Source: Zootoca vivipara
Lineage: Eukaryota
Assembly (NCBI RefSeq): GCF_963506605.1
Contig: NC_083282.1
Location: 21,390,001-21,454,000, forward strand
Length of the DNA: 64,000 nt
Direction: 5' to 3'
Every line of letters starts with the position of its first letter. Position 1 is the first letter of the stretch. The position numbers were made by a program, and so were the translations under genes. Shown piece after piece: positions 35,625 through 49,151 of the stretch. The notes beneath the pieces were generated by a model. It did no database searches and was not told the DNA's origin. It saw only the letters and a program-made list of their open reading frames with translations.

Positions 35625-35940
35625 AGTTCTGGGCAGATGGGGCTCATCAACCTGGGAAGGTAGTCTATCTAGGAGAAGGAAAACTCTGATCCTAAACCTC
35701 TGCTGCCTTGTGGGATATCTTTGGGAGAAGAAAAGGCTATGGAGTAAACCAGGCATAGGCAAACTCGGCCCTCCAGATGTTTTGGGACCACAACTCCCAT
35801 CATCCCTGACCACTGGTCCTGTTAGATAGGGGTGATGGGAGTTGTGGTCCCAAAACATCTGGAGGGCCGAGTTTGCCTGTGCCTGGAGTAAACCCTAGAC
35901 AAATCCGGACTTGAGTTCCCAAGGCAGTTGGATGGTTCAC
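35625..35940 (+). mobile_element. Probable RTE-clade LINE 5' region fragment hosting a MITE
   Basis: atctaggagaaggaaaactctgatcctaaacctctgctgccttgtgg...ggagtaaaccc...aaatccgga resembles reptile RTE-type 5' UTRs from recall. Family assignment uncertain. Confidence 0.4.
35750..35885. mobile_element. Palindromic ~135-bp hAT MITE
   Basis: Near-perfect ~58-bp inverted arms starting caggcataggcaaactcggccctccagatg, perfect 8-bp TSD gagtaaac (35742-35749 / 35886-35893). Confidence 0.93.
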
Positions 35941-36366
35941 CCATGCCACCCTAACCTACTCCCATGTTGTGCCAGTAAATGGTAGCTGCTGTGAAGCTAG
36001 TCCCATGCTGCTATGCCACCATCTGTTCGTTGTCCCTATGTGGAAAGAAAAGAGAAACACAGAAATTTGAAATGACCCGAAATAGCTGCTGCCAGTTGGG
36101 CAGCCAGTTCTCTTATGGCTGGGCTATCTGGGAAAGAGGAGCTACAGAAAAAATCTCCCTGTCCTGCCAAACCACAGTGGAGATACTCAGAGTCATTCTG
36201 CAAGGGAGGTAAGTCTACCATAAGCACATCGACTGGAGTCTCTGGCAGGATAAATTGCTCCATTCTCCCCCACACCACCACCCCGCCAATACCATGGGAA
36301 CGGAGGAGAATTTCCTTCAGCGTACATATTTTAATCAAATCAACCTAATTCACGTATGCAGGACTA

Positions 36367-36622
36367 CAGTCGTACCTTAGTTTTTGAACTCACGCCTTGT
36401 GAGTCAAACGTTTTGGCTCCCGAACGCTACAAACCCCAAAGTGAGTGTTTCGGTTTGTGAACTTTTTTTTGGAAGCTGAATGTCCGATGTGACTTCCGCA
36501 GCTTCAATTGAGTGCAGTAAGCTCCTGCAGCCAGTCGGAAGCCATGTCTTAGTTTTCAAACGTTTTTTGGAAGTCGAACAGACTTCCGGAACAGATTCTC
36601 TCTGAGAACCAAGGTACGACTG
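36367..36622. mobile_element. Tc1/mariner (Tigger-like) MITE
   Basis: TA TSD, TIRs cagtcgtacctt / aaggtacgactg. Confidence 0.9.
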
Positions 36623-36684
36623 TACTATTCAGATCAAAACATACTTATCCTGTGGATTCTGCAAGTCTTCAAATTTTCAATACA

Positions 36685-36758
36685 GAAGAAGAAGAAGAAG
36701 AAGAAGAAGAAGAAGAAGAAGAAGAAGAAGAAGAAGAAGAAGAAGAAGAAGAAGAAGA
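36685..36758. repeat. (GAA)n microsatellite
   Basis: Pure trinucleotide run. Confidence 0.95.
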
Positions 36759-39700
36759 CTGAGGGTAAAATACTTTTAGAAGTGCATGTGTTATTGTTGG
36801 CATCTGTCTGTCTCGAGAGAAAATGGAGTGTGCCTCCAGGGGAGAAGTCAAACAGCTGTGCCAGCAGCACTTAAGTGACCTCCCCAGAGCGCAAGCCTGG
36901 GCAGTGTGTATGGAGGGCCTGGGCTGCCCTGATGACAAGATACCCCTCTTGGCCTTGCTGATGTGGTCCAAAGGAAAGCAGAACAATACATTTGGCACCA
37001 GCTTGGCTGCAGGAGTTACTGGATGTGAACAAAGAAGCTTCACTTCCTTCTTCAACGGAGGTGAAGAGACGTGAGTCTGGGGTCTAAACACCTTCATGCA
37101 TTAACTAGCCCTAAGCTTGCTGGTTATATTTGGCTGCAATTTCCCACATGCTTCCTTGCCCATACTTCCAAGTGTCAGGCAAAACAGTGCACACACATAT
37201 ACCCTCTGCAGGCCAGCACACACTGGGATGTGGGAAATGGAGCCAACTCCCCTACACACCCATATCTTTCCTTAGATGTGATCACCTCTACATCAGATCC
37301 CAGAGCTGGATCAGGAAAGAGTCACACAGCTTCCCTCTTACATCAAAGTTCTCATTCTTCTCTGGTATAACCAACCGATCACAGCAGATATGTGTGGTGT
37401 ATGACAGGGGTACCCAAAGTGCCTAGCAGATGTTGTTGGACATTAAATGCTATCAGCCCCAGCCTGCATGGCCAGGGCTGAGGGATGGTGGCTGAACACA
37501 AACCTCTGGAAGATGCCCTGTTGGCTATCTGTGGCATATGGGGAATAAACTGTATCCCTTATTGGACTTTTTATGTTTCTTTAAAAACGTTCTTCAAACT
37601 TTTGTGCCTGCCAGTCCTTCATCAGTCAGAGTTTTTCTTGGAGCAGATATAAGATTAAATAAAACAGATGCTGTTTTTATATGTTCAGGCTTACTCTCTT
37701 TGTCATCTAGATGCTTAAGGAACAAAGGTGGCGGTCCGAGATTTGTTAATGGGTGGGAGTGCAAGATAGGAGGAGAGAACATTTTTTTCCCCAAGCTCCG
37801 ATTTCTAGGGCACATCAGTTTCTTTCTGAACTGGGAATGGCTCTTGCAAATTATTCGTTTACTGTCACCAGTCCCAGCAAGATGTGCCTTTGCTTGGGAA
37901 AATGTATTGTTTGAAGTTTTGAATCAGAAGATTATGCACACAGCTGGCAGTAGCTCCAAGGAGTGGTAGGAAAGAGTGCCGGTGTGATCACAGGACTTGC
38001 CTCCAGCCATTATTCTGGACATCAATTTTTGCATTATATTTGTCCACACTGGCCCATGCCCAAGGGAAGCTGTTGTTGCATCTCTGTGTGAAATTCATTC
38101 TGCAGACCAGCCATTAAACATTTATCTATCTTGAACTTTAGAACTCTTCAGGTTAATTAAGAGGGAATGGAGACATGAGTTCAACATATGTTTGCGAGAA
38201 AGTTCTCATTAATTCCCAGCGAGAAAGTGTGTGTATTTGTCTGTGTGGCAGGAAGATTCTTCATCTGCGCTTTAGCCACATAGGACTGTGTGTCAACAAA
38301 AGTCTTAACTGAGACCATTTAAATGATCAACAAACACTTAAATGATCAAACCCTGTTGAGAATACATGTGTTAAAGCAATGATTCTCAATGTGTAAACTG
38401 GGATTTTAAGACGTTGTTATGTACTGCCCTGGAACCACTGGGTTGAAGGACAGAATACAAGCAGAAAGAAGCAATATGGGAAAAATGCTAGAAAGCTAAC
38501 ACTTCTGAAAGAGAGCGAGGGAGAAAAGGGCAGATGAAGATGGTCATGATAAAGAGCAAATGGAACATTTGGTAATTTCTGTGCCCTGAAATGGTCATGC
38601 CAGCCTTGACAAGAGTGTTAAATGAAGGATGTTCTTAAATGTTAGCCATAGTCAAAAACATTGAGATCCCTGGCATCTCTTATTTCCTCTATTGCTAAAA
38701 TACCTTTTCATATTTAATATATATTTCCATGCATGAGGATCTTTACACATATCCTAAATAAATACTATAAATTCTGCATATAACCCTGCTCTAGAATATG
38801 TCTAAATAAACACATGCGCACACGCACAAATGTGCATCCACTCTTTGGACTGGCAATTAACCCCGTGCTTTGGCTTCAGCTAAACTTACGTTTTTGATCA
38901 ATATTTAATAGTGATTTTATAAGTGTGTGGGCATGACCATTAAAACAGTGTCTTAGAGAGGGGGAGATGCATTTTAATAGGGAATTAACAAACATGGCCC
39001 TAGGGCAGGAGGTATTTGCTTTGAAGAATCACTCCTGTTTAATAGGATACTTGAAAGGAATATATTAAAATTGTATTTAAAGTTGTTTTCCCACAGAGAA
39101 CAAATCATACTGGACAAATTCTGAAGGGTTTAGACCATTGATAGCCACATCTGTCCCCTGATCCAGTAAGCTTGTAACTCTATTAAAAAAGAAGAAACAG
39201 TAACATGGTCTAGTCTGCATTTTACCAGCTTCTCCACTTTGTTGGAAGCATAGAAGTCAACTCCTAGGAGCTGTGGGGCCTTCACCCTTCCATAAAATAT
39301 TCCATAAAATATTGCCATTCAAATGGTGTCTGTGTGTCACATCATGATTGATTATGCAGGGCAGGGCTTACTTGGGTCCCTCAATATTTTATTCAAGTTG
39401 GCACCCCTGGTTGAAAGCCTTACTGAATTACATCAACTGTGATGGGGGTGGACCATCTTCAGCCTTTGGTAACCAGTTGTTGGGGAGACAAAGTAGGAGA
39501 AGTGCTGTTGTGCTCACCACCTGCTTCTGAGCTTCCCAGATTGGGTTGGCCACTGTGAAAACAGAATGTTGGACTAGATGGGCCTTTGGTCCGATCCAGC
39601 AGGGCTCTTTGTATGTTTTTATATTCTAGCAGTGGGCGTTCCCGGGTGGGGAGCTCCCAGCACTCTTCTGCTGTAACGTGTTAAGTGGAACTGCAGTGAA

Positions 39701-40456
39701 CTTTCCACACTGCTAGATATTTAGTATATGTGTTTGCGTGTGTAACCTACTATGCTCCATCCCCACTAATAGGCAGGGCATATCTGTGGCAGCAGGGAAG
39801 GACAATTTGCTCTCCTCATGGAAGGTGCTCTGAAAGGCAGCTGCTGGAGAGTGCAATGGAGAAAGGGCAGACAAGACAGAGATGCTCAACCTGGAGACCC
39901 AAGTGGCTTAAGGAGCATCGGTTGCCCTTTACCAGCTCTGGCTGGCTTGCCAGCTGCAGCCTTTCCTGATTCTAGTAATTGCTCCTATAATTTAATTAGG
40001 GAAGGTCTTTATAGTTGCTGTTGTTGCCTGCTGTTTTACATTCTGTTTGATAGTGAATTTTATATATAGTTTTGGTTATAACTTTTTGGATTGCTGTTAC
40101 CCACACTGGAACAATGAAAGTGATGAAGTGAATATTAGGATATAAATGTAACTCAACCCACCAGTCAATATTTGTCCTTCCTCTGTTTCTGGTTTACAGC
40201 CTCTGGCATAGGTGTGGGGAAGCTTTGTTGTTGTTGTTGTTGGTTTTTTGTATTTTTAATTTTGATTTTGTGATTTATGTGGAAATTGTTCAGTTTTGTT
40301 GTGTATTTTTAATGTTTTATTTATTGACCACTTTTTGTTATGTTGTAGTTATGTATTTTTTTCATGTTGTAAGCCACCTTGAGCATGGTTTGAACTGAGG
40401 AAAGGTGGCATACAAATAAAAATATGTATGTATGTATGCATGCATGTATGTATGTA

Positions 40457-40829
40457 AAAAAAGGTAAAGGTAAAGGACCCCTGGATGGTTAAGTCCAGTC
40501 AAAGGCGGCTATGGGGTTGCGGTGCTCATCTTGCTTTCAGGCTGAGGGAGCCGGCAGCTTTCTGTGTCATGTGGCCAGCATGACTAAACCGCTTCTAGCA
40601 CAACGGGATGCCGTAACAAGTGCCAGAGCGCATGGAAACGCCGTTTACCTTCCCGCCTCGGCGGTATCTATATATTTACTTGCACTGGCATGCTTTCGAA
40701 CTGCTAGGTTGGCAGGAGCTGGGACGGAGCAACGGGAGCTCATTCTGTCGTGGGTATTCGAATCGCTGATCTTCTGATTGCCAAGCCCAAGAGGCTCAGT
40801 GGTTTTGACCACAGTGCCACCCACATCCC
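40457..40829 (-). mobile_element. Sauria SINE (ggacccctgga-type variant)
   Basis: aaggtaaaggtaaaggacccctggatggttaagtccagtc...cacagtgccacccacatccc, flanked by tatgtatgta. Confidence 0.92.
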
Positions 40830-40847
40830 TTATGTATGTATTATGTA

Positions 40848-41192
40848 AAGGTAAAGGTACCCCTGACCATTAGGTCCAATCGTGACCGACTCTGGGGTTG
40901 CGGCGTTCATCTCATGTTATTGGCAGAGGGAGCCAGCGTACAGCTTTCGGGTCATGTGGCCAGCATGACAAAGTCGTTTCTGGCAAACCAGAGCAGCACA
41001 CGGAAACACCGTTTACCTTCCCGCTGTAGCGGTACCTATTTATCTACTTGCACTTTGACGTGCTTTCGAACTGCTAGGTTGGCAGGAGCTGGGACCGAGC
41101 AATGGGAGCTCACCCTGCCACAGGGATTCGAACCGCCGACCTTCTGATCGGCAAGCCCTAGGCTCAGTGGTTTAACCCACAGCGCCACCCGT
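40848..41192 (-). mobile_element. Sauria SINE (cccctgaccattagg-type variant)
   Basis: Full body, 11-bp TSD tgtattatgta (40837-40847 / 41193-41203). Confidence 0.93.
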
Positions 41193-43403
41193 TGTATTAT
41201 GTAGAGTTCTGTATTATGTAGAGTTGATAGAAATTGTGGTTGAAGCAACATCTGGAAAGCCAAATGTTCTCCATACCTGCTCTAGCACCTAGAAGCAGAG
41301 TCAGAAGGAGCTTGAAAGGTCATCTTCTAAGAAGTGGCTCACCAGGTGGGACAGAGCTACTTTGCTAGTTTCCTGGCAAGTGAGTTGCTGTTGCTTACTA
41401 GGAGGGAAAGGGGATGGGGTGAGATGGAGGCCAGCTCAGTAGAGTGCAAATGCACTGGTAAGAAAACCAAATTGGCTCCACGTCATGTGTTTACACTGCA
41501 CCAACCTCCACACCACCTTGCTTCTGCCCATCCAGCAACCCACCTGCTGGGAAGCTACGGTAGCATAGCAGTTCCACCCTGCCTGGTGAGCAGCTTGTGT
41601 CAAAGGAAAAGTATATGTGTGTAATTTGTAGTTTGTGTAATGTGTAGTTTGGCCCTAGTAAAGATATGATCATAAGTGTAAATCAGATTGTTTTTCAGCA
41701 TGGATTGGGTGGCTGAACAGGGAAATGACCCTATTCCAAGTCTAATCCAAACATTTGTTGGAAAAGGGTTGCCAATGTTTATTTTCAGTGCGGATATTTA
41801 AATGTTAACCTTCAAATATAAAATTCTAATCATGATTTTTTGAATTTGGCAGGGGTGTGTGGAAATGGCATATTTTGGAGTGGTTTTTTTGTAGGATAAT
41901 GGAATTGGTATATTTGGAAGGGACCACAAGGAGATGATTATGTGAAAATGCCAATAGTGAACTATTGCATAAAGTTTTTGAACGTGTCTTTCCGAGCATC
42001 TATTTTGAGAAACGTGAATTTTAGTGGCAGTTGGGTACCCTGGGCTAATCACATGTTAATTCAAGCTCTCTGGCAATGGAGAGAAGTGGTTGTTTGTGTT
42101 CTGAAAGCAAGCAGTGTTTCTGTGTTATTTCCCATCTGATTCTCCCTCCCAACAGACATCTGAAGGCTAATCCTCTGGTATTTGTGTGCTTAGAGTTTAA
42201 TTCACAGCCCTAACCCTTCAACACAATGCCTGTGCTTTTGGGGAGTAGGAGGAAAAGCACATTTGAACAAATGTCCTTGAGGAGCAGAACAACAGAAAGG
42301 GACATCATAATAGCTCGGAGCTTATTTATGCAGATGGGATCCAAGGTAACATATCCGTGGCTCTATTGAAAGCCAACATGTGACAGTAGCATATAGCTCT
42401 CTGAGATCAACCAGCACAATAATAATAATAAAGGCTTAACTTTTCCTCTATCCTGAGGTTGTAGCAGGAAGCATCTTCCATCGAGCACTTGAATTGACTG
42501 TGCCTTACTGTAGAGTTTTGAAAAGGACTGTGATGAGTTCACTTCTATACAGCGACCCTACCTCCTGCTGACATTTTGGGATCCATGAAGCACTGATCTC
42601 AAATGGTGTAATAAAAATCAAAACCTACATGGTCAGTAGGAAAGCAGATACTGGATTTTTCTCAAATAGGCTCATAGGGCTAATAACTGGATAGCAGGGC
42701 TTTGAAAAACTTCTGATTAGGAACACAGGAGCATAGGAAACTGTCTTATACAGAGATTGGGTATTGGGCAAGTACACTTTGGTGAGAGAACTCTAGCAGA
42801 GATTCAAAATCACAAAATATGCAGCAAAGTGTGGTATAGACTTTTAAAAAGTGTGTTAGACTTTTAAAACATGACCTTTTGAGTTCCTTCCAAAACTTCC
42901 CTCTTCTCTTAGCACAAAAAAAGACCATACGTTTGGTAGGTTAAGAAATGGTTTACTTACAAACTCTCCAAAGGTCAGGTTTATGTGCTTTTCTATACAG
43001 CATTCAGAAAACACAGGCAGTAAAACCTGGCTTAGTTAAAGTGGTGAAAGTTCCTTAATTATTGGTATAGCAACTCAAGAAAGGCTTGCTAGAACCATTC
43101 AGTCTTGTAACGCAAGTGAAGTTATAACACGACAGAGCATATGCAGAGTGCCTTTTCTTTTTTTGCAACAATATTTTATTAAGACCTTTCATAATACATT
43201 ACCATAAAAAACAAGCTAATCTTTTTTTAAAAAAAGAAGAGGCAAAGGATTCAAAGTCCTCTTTCACAGGCAGATCTAAACTTGCAGAGTGTATTTTCTG
43301 AACCAAGTAATTAATGTTCCCTCAGCACAACAGAATTAGGCATAAGAGTTTTTAAGTTAGAGGGTGCACCTTCAAGGCAGAGTCGACATTAAGCATTAAG
43401 CAG

Positions 43404-43404
<1 letters not shown>

Positions 43405-43467
<63 letters not shown>
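43405..43467. repeat. (CT)n microsatellite
   Basis: Pure dinucleotide run. Confidence 0.95.
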
Positions 43468-43472
<5 letters not shown>

Positions 43473-44439
43473 TCCATTGCATGATAATAAGAAACTTATG
43501 CATACATGTGTTATCTACATGATCATAGCAGCTACTGAATGAAAGTGATATTCTCGTTCTGAGCACAAACAATAATAAATGATTCTATTTCCTGCTGTTT
43601 GCCTGAGTTCGTCTTTCTTGTTTACTTTTACACCCTGTGCTGGTTTTTGATTAATCCACATTCCTTTTATATCATCAGTATACCTCCACTATGTATTTTT
43701 CATTTGTCTTTATCCGCATCCTCCCCATACCTCTTTGTTTCTTGCATTTGAAAAGCAGGAAACATTCAGACTGAGGTGTTTTATTTTATGCAGCTACAAT
43801 TGCCCTAACAAATGTCTTTGCTGCTTCTTTTGTGTTACAGAAACAAGCCCATTTTGGAATTAACTTGTTTGGAACTATGCAGCAGAACCATCTGTATACC
43901 CCAGTCTCTGTCCCCAAAGAGCTGTATAACCAAATTAATTGACATCAAAGATTTACTCAAGTTATATTTTGAATTCTTAGCCTTACTGACCAGATGTGTT
44001 CTGGTAGTAATATTCAGATGCCTAAAATATCCAGAGTCTAAAGGACTTCAGAGGACAGCCACAAGTTAGCTGCTTGGCCCTCCTAGACAGGTGATATTGC
44101 ACCGCAAGGAAAAGTGTTGCATTGGTTTTATAAACACGAAAATATTTCTGCTTGAAAGAAATCAAAAGGCAAACAGTGCATTGTTTTTAGCACTCCAAGC
44201 AGGAACTTCATCTTGCGATCAGGGCAGTTTCCAAGTTCCTTCTTCTGCAACTCCTTTTTCGCTGGCGAGATTACTGGTGTTAGGTAGTGGTTGGAAAGAG
44301 TGAACAACAGCAGTGGCAGGTGGCAGTGCTCTGAGCAGCACTGGCCTGTTGGTTGTTCCAGCCACTTTAACTTCCCACTATGCCCTGGAGTGGCACTATT
44401 TCAGAGGCATCATGGGACAACGAAATGGTGGCTAAATCT

Positions 44440-45001
44440 CCCATTTGGACTTCTGCAATGAGCTCTATGTGGGGCTACCTTTGAAGATGACTCAGAAACT
44501 ACAATTAATCCAGAATGCGGCAGCTAGACTAGTGACTGTGAGTGGGCACCGGGACCATATAACACTGGTCTTAAAGGATCTACACTGGCTCCCAGTACGT
44601 TTCCGAGCACAATTCAAAGTGTTGGTGCTGGCCTTGAAAGTCCTAAATTGCCTTGGCCCTGTATACCTGAAGGAGCGTCTTCACCCCAGTCGTTCTGCCC
44701 GGACACTGAGGTCCAGCTCCAAGGGCCTTCAGGCGGTTTCCTCACTGTGAGAAGTGAAGTTACAGGGAACCAGGCAGAGGGCCTTCTCGGCAGAGGCACC
44801 GTCCCTGTGGTACACCTCTCATCAGATGTCAAGGAGATAAAGAACTACACAACTTTTAGAAGACACCTGAAGGCAGGCCTGTATTGGGAAGTTTTTAATA
44901 TTTGATGTTATATTATGTTTTTATATGTGTTGGAAGCTGCCCAGAGTTGCTGGGGCAACCCAGCCAGATGGTTGAGGTATAAATTAGAATTATTATTATT
45001 A
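44440..45001 (+). mobile_element. 5'-truncated L2-clade LINE (ORF2 C-terminus plus 3' end)
   Basis: DFCNELYVGLPLK...LQLIQNAAARLV...HITLVLKDLHWLPVRFRAQFKVL is the typical L2 post-RT region. Ends in (att)n. Confidence 0.9.
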
Positions 45002-46627
45002 TCCAACTCCCAGCTTCCCTGACAATTGGCCATGCTAACAGGGACTGAGAGGAGATGTAGTCCAGAAACATCTGGAGACCCGCAGGTCTCCCACCCTTGG
45101 GATAGATGCTCTGATGTCTTAGACTTAGAGCATCAGAGCAAACAAAAATAAATGTAAGGAGCAGGGAGCTGCAGGGCTGATTTCTGTGCTAGCTATCCAA
45201 AGTTGCTAGGTGCTGATGCTGGTCAGGCTTGAGATTAAAATGTGCACCATTAGAATGTAAACAGTTCTAGCGACATGGGAACAAGGACTGGGCAGAAAGG
45301 CCCTGTTCATGGGTTCAGAAATGCCTGATGATCAGGATTGCTCCCATTTTCTCAGCAAGTTTGCCAAAGTCATCAGCTTCCTCCTGCTTAATGCTCTTGA
45401 TATAAAAGGAGCAACTGTGCTTTGTAGGCACATGACCTCAGTTTTATTAATCCCATGGCACCTCTCTTGTTTGTTTGTTTATTTATTGACTGCTTTTTGG
45501 TTGAAGAGCCCTCCAAGTGGTTTATAATAACATCATGAAGCAATTAAAATTCAGAGGAGACATCCAAAATGCAGTTAAATTATCTTACAAGGTAGCAAAG
45601 AGGGGGGGGGGGAATCTTGCCTGAGGCTTCAGGAAGCATCTGCTAGTCAGAATAGGCTCTATTTGGGTAGATGAATCGATGGGCTGATTCCTTTATCCCA
45701 TGTCCTAACTGGTTCTATATATTACGAAGTTTCAAAGCACAGACTTTTGTTTGGTTTTCGTAGGACACGTATTCATAAAAGGCATCGGGTCAGGAGTATC
45801 AAGGAAGCTGAGCAGTAGAAAAAAATATACAAATAAGTCTTGAGATTAATTTACATTGTATATGGAGATCCATTTGCATTCGTCTCACAACTCCCCTTTT
45901 CACTGGCTCCCAGAATGTACACCTGTGGCTTGTTAGCATGCAGTGCTGCCATGATGTGCAAATGAAAGCCGCCATATCCTGGCAATGCGCATGAAACATT
46001 CTCCCCAGGGTTCGTGTTTCTCTTTTACATGCAAAGCCCCATTGAAATGAATGGCCTTATTATTATAATTGGATGTATGCCTGTTAGGGCATCTCATTCC
46101 ATATTAGAGGAGAGAACCTTTCCTTTTGTCTCGGGAAAGTTGGAATGAAACAAAACACAAGCCATGCATAACATTTCTGTCTCCTTTACCAAGGGAGAAC
46201 ATGGAACGATAGGCAGGAAAATAAAATTACCTTTTATAATGTGTTTCCATTTCCTCCCAATTTATCTTCCCTCCCCCTTCCTGTATGGCCTCTTTTTTTC
46301 CATAGGACCCGAGTGCTTTGCGGTGAGTAATGACTTTTTCTCCCACTATGCCTGACTGAGACAGGGAAGCACTGTTTATCCTTACAGAAAACACACGAAG
46401 GAATTGAGGCATAGGAGAAGATCAATGGCTGAAGCCTCCAAAAACTGTGACCAACGTTAGGTCCAAGCTGAAGGCTATTAACAGCTACTAGTGATACTGT
46501 CAGAGATAGCAGGCCTCTGATTATTGGTTGCTGGGAATCCACGCGGGGACCATGCTCCTTGTGCACAGTGCCTGCTTGTAGCCTTCCCCAAGACATCTGA
46601 TTGGTGAAAACAAGATGTTGGAGACAC

Positions 46628-47055
46628 AAGAGAAGTGTATAAAACCATGAATGGTGTAGAGAAAGTGGAACTAGAAATTGTGGGCATCCAATATTGGCGG
46701 AATCAAGGCAGACAAAAGAGAAAGGACTTCATTGAATTATGAAATTTGCTCCCCCAAGAGGGGGAGCAATGATGGCTGCCATCTTGGATGGCTTTAAAAA
46801 ACCTTTAGACATATCATGGAGGAGAAGGCCATTAGTTACTACTACCGGTAACCATAATAGCTATTTTATGCCTCCATAATTGGGGAGGTACGCTCCTGAA
46901 TGCCAGTTGCTGGAAACCACAAGGAGTGGAGAAGTGCTGTTGCGAACAGGTCTTTATTGCTTGCATCTCATACACACTTGTTTGGTCACTGAGAGGACAG
47001 GATGCTGGATTAGATAGGCCATTGGTCTGGTCCAGCAAGCTCTTGTAATGTTCTG
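46628..47055 (+). mobile_element. Old CR1-family LINE 3' fragment
   Basis: gaagtgtataaaaccatgaatggtgtagagaaagtgga...ggatggctttaaaaaacctttagac...ggatgctggattagataggccattggtctggtccagc. Shorter relatives of its UTR lie at ~3420-3520, 31960-32120, 39470-39620 and 57590-57770. Confidence 0.65.
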
Positions 47056-47510
47056 AAACAGCCACCCCCAATGCACCCCCATTCAATGGTGGCCAGAAAG
47101 GGTAGCCATTTTGGTTTGGGGTGCCATTTCTGGCAGAGGCAGTGACTTTTCAACTGGAAGAGACAGAGAGGGGTGGGGAGGACAGACATACCAGTTTCCT
47201 GTGCCACTCTGTATTATCATTATTTATTATAACATTCATTCAATTTGTATGCTTCCCTTCATTTGAAGATCCCATTGCAGTTTACAACATAAGAATACAA
47301 AATGAAAACACAAAATACGAAGCAAAAAACAGAAACAAACCAATAGCCCCTTTCCCATGAACACATCTTAAAGGCCATAAATGGTTTAACCAGCCAAAGG
47401 ACTGGTTATAGAGAAACATTTTCACCTGATGCCTAAAGGGCAGTACATGCTGATGACACAGTGATACTATTACACTGAGAAGTCTTGCAACTTGAGCCTA
47501 GGATCTAGAT

Positions 47511-47648
47511 CAGTGTTTCTCAACCAGTGTGCCTCCAGATGTTTTGGGACTACAACTCCCATCATTCCTGACCACTGGTCTTGCTAGCTAGGGATGATGG
47601 GAGTTGTAGTCCCAAAACATCTGGAGGCACACTGGTTGAGAAACACTG
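47511..47648. mobile_element. Palindromic ~138-bp hAT MITE
   Basis: Essentially perfect inverted arms starting cagtgtttctcaaccagtgtgcctccagatg, perfect 8-bp TSD atctagat (47503-47510 / 47649-47656). Confidence 0.94.
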
Positions 47649-48104
47649 ATCTAGATAACCATTGATGCACAGATTGGCAGTTGTTCCTTTCTTGTTTTTG
47701 TGGTACCATTGCCAGGATCAAGACCCTTATTGGCTGAAATCCTGGGGAGCTGCTATCTCTCAATGCAGCAATACTGAGGAAGCAAGAGCAGTGGTCTGAT
47801 TCCATCTGAGGCAGCTTCCAATTGTTCTATCGTTGCTTAAATGAATGAATCAAAAACCCACCCCTAATTTGGGAACAGCTGCTATTTTGTCCTTCCAGAC
47901 AAAATTACTACTGCATCCAAAGGCTAGGCTACTCTTGTCATTACAAGATTTCCCTTTATATAGCCGGGATCCTTGTTGCTTCATAAACTTTCACTCCTTA
48001 TTAGAGATACTCATTTTTCCTTGACTCTTTATCTGTAGTGGATTATAGAGGAGTCAATTAGTAAAGCTTGATGAAGATGGGATTTATGTACGGAGATCAG
48101 TTAA

Positions 48105-48183
48105 CAGTATAGGGAAGCTTTTAATGTTTGATGTTTTACTGTGGTTTTATAATTTGTTGGGGCAACCCAGTCAGATGGACGGC

Positions 48184-48233
<50 letters not shown>
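48105..48233 (+). mobile_element. L2 3' terminal fragment with (TAA)n tail
   Basis: tatagggaagcttttaatgtttgatgttttactg...ggggcaacccagtcagatggacggcatata-(taa)n. Confidence 0.75.
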
Positions 48234-48234
<1 letters not shown>

Positions 48235-49151
48235 TTCTGTCTTTAGTTACAAGAGTGGATTTTTGGTGAGCTTCCTGTTGGCAGTAGGGGCTATAACAGC
48301 TTGTTTTGGATCTGTGCAATCTCTTGTGTCAAAACCTTCAGCAGCATTCCAAGAATTTTGATTGCTGTGAGTTGCCCTTTGGAGGACATTTTATAGTAAC
48401 AAACTTGTCGTGACTATTTGCTTGCAATTTGGCTCTACATTATTTATGACCCTTTCCTTTTTTTGTTTTCAGGAAATGTTCAAGCGCTCAGAGTATATTA
48501 GGGCAAATACATGTGAAAGAAACATACTGCACTGCTTACAATAAATACTAAAGGTTTCCTTTGGAGCCCTTGCTGTTGCCCACAGTGCCAGGCTGAACCT
48601 TGGCTTACCTCATTGATTTTACTGGCAGGGGATGGGGAGTTGCCTTGTCCGCAAGAGAGCCAGAGTGTGGTATGTTGCCTGAAAGCTGTCAAGGGAACCC
48701 TAGCATGAAAGTGCTACCATCTTTATTTTGTGCAGAGGATCTAAGAAGGTATGAGAGTAAATCTGGGTTGCTTCCTGCCAACTGAGGGCCCACGGAGAAT
48801 GCCTTGCTCAGGGTCCACCACCACCTCATTCTAAAACTGGCTGCAGTTCAGGTATTTTGATAAGGAGACAGCAAGTTCAATTCAGGCAGTGGCCATGGTG
48901 GATTTTGAAATATTTCAAGCCAATCTACATGGAGTGGGATTTAGTTAACCAGCCCTTCCAGGGGAAGCCCTGTGTGAGGAATTTAGCTTCACAATGCTCC
49001 TTGTTCCTTACCCTGCGAGAACCCTACACTCCCAAAATTGACTCAACCCTCCCCCCCAAAAAAAACCCCCAGCACATGAGGAAGAGGGCATCGTTCTGTC
49101 TTGTAAGCGTGTACAGACAAAATGATTGGTGGCTTGCAGTGTTGAATTTCA

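Noticed and set aside
36115-36214. Consensus splice donor gag/gtaagt at 36209
   Set aside because: Isolated motif expected by chance in 64 kb, and the upstream ORF is unrecognisable.
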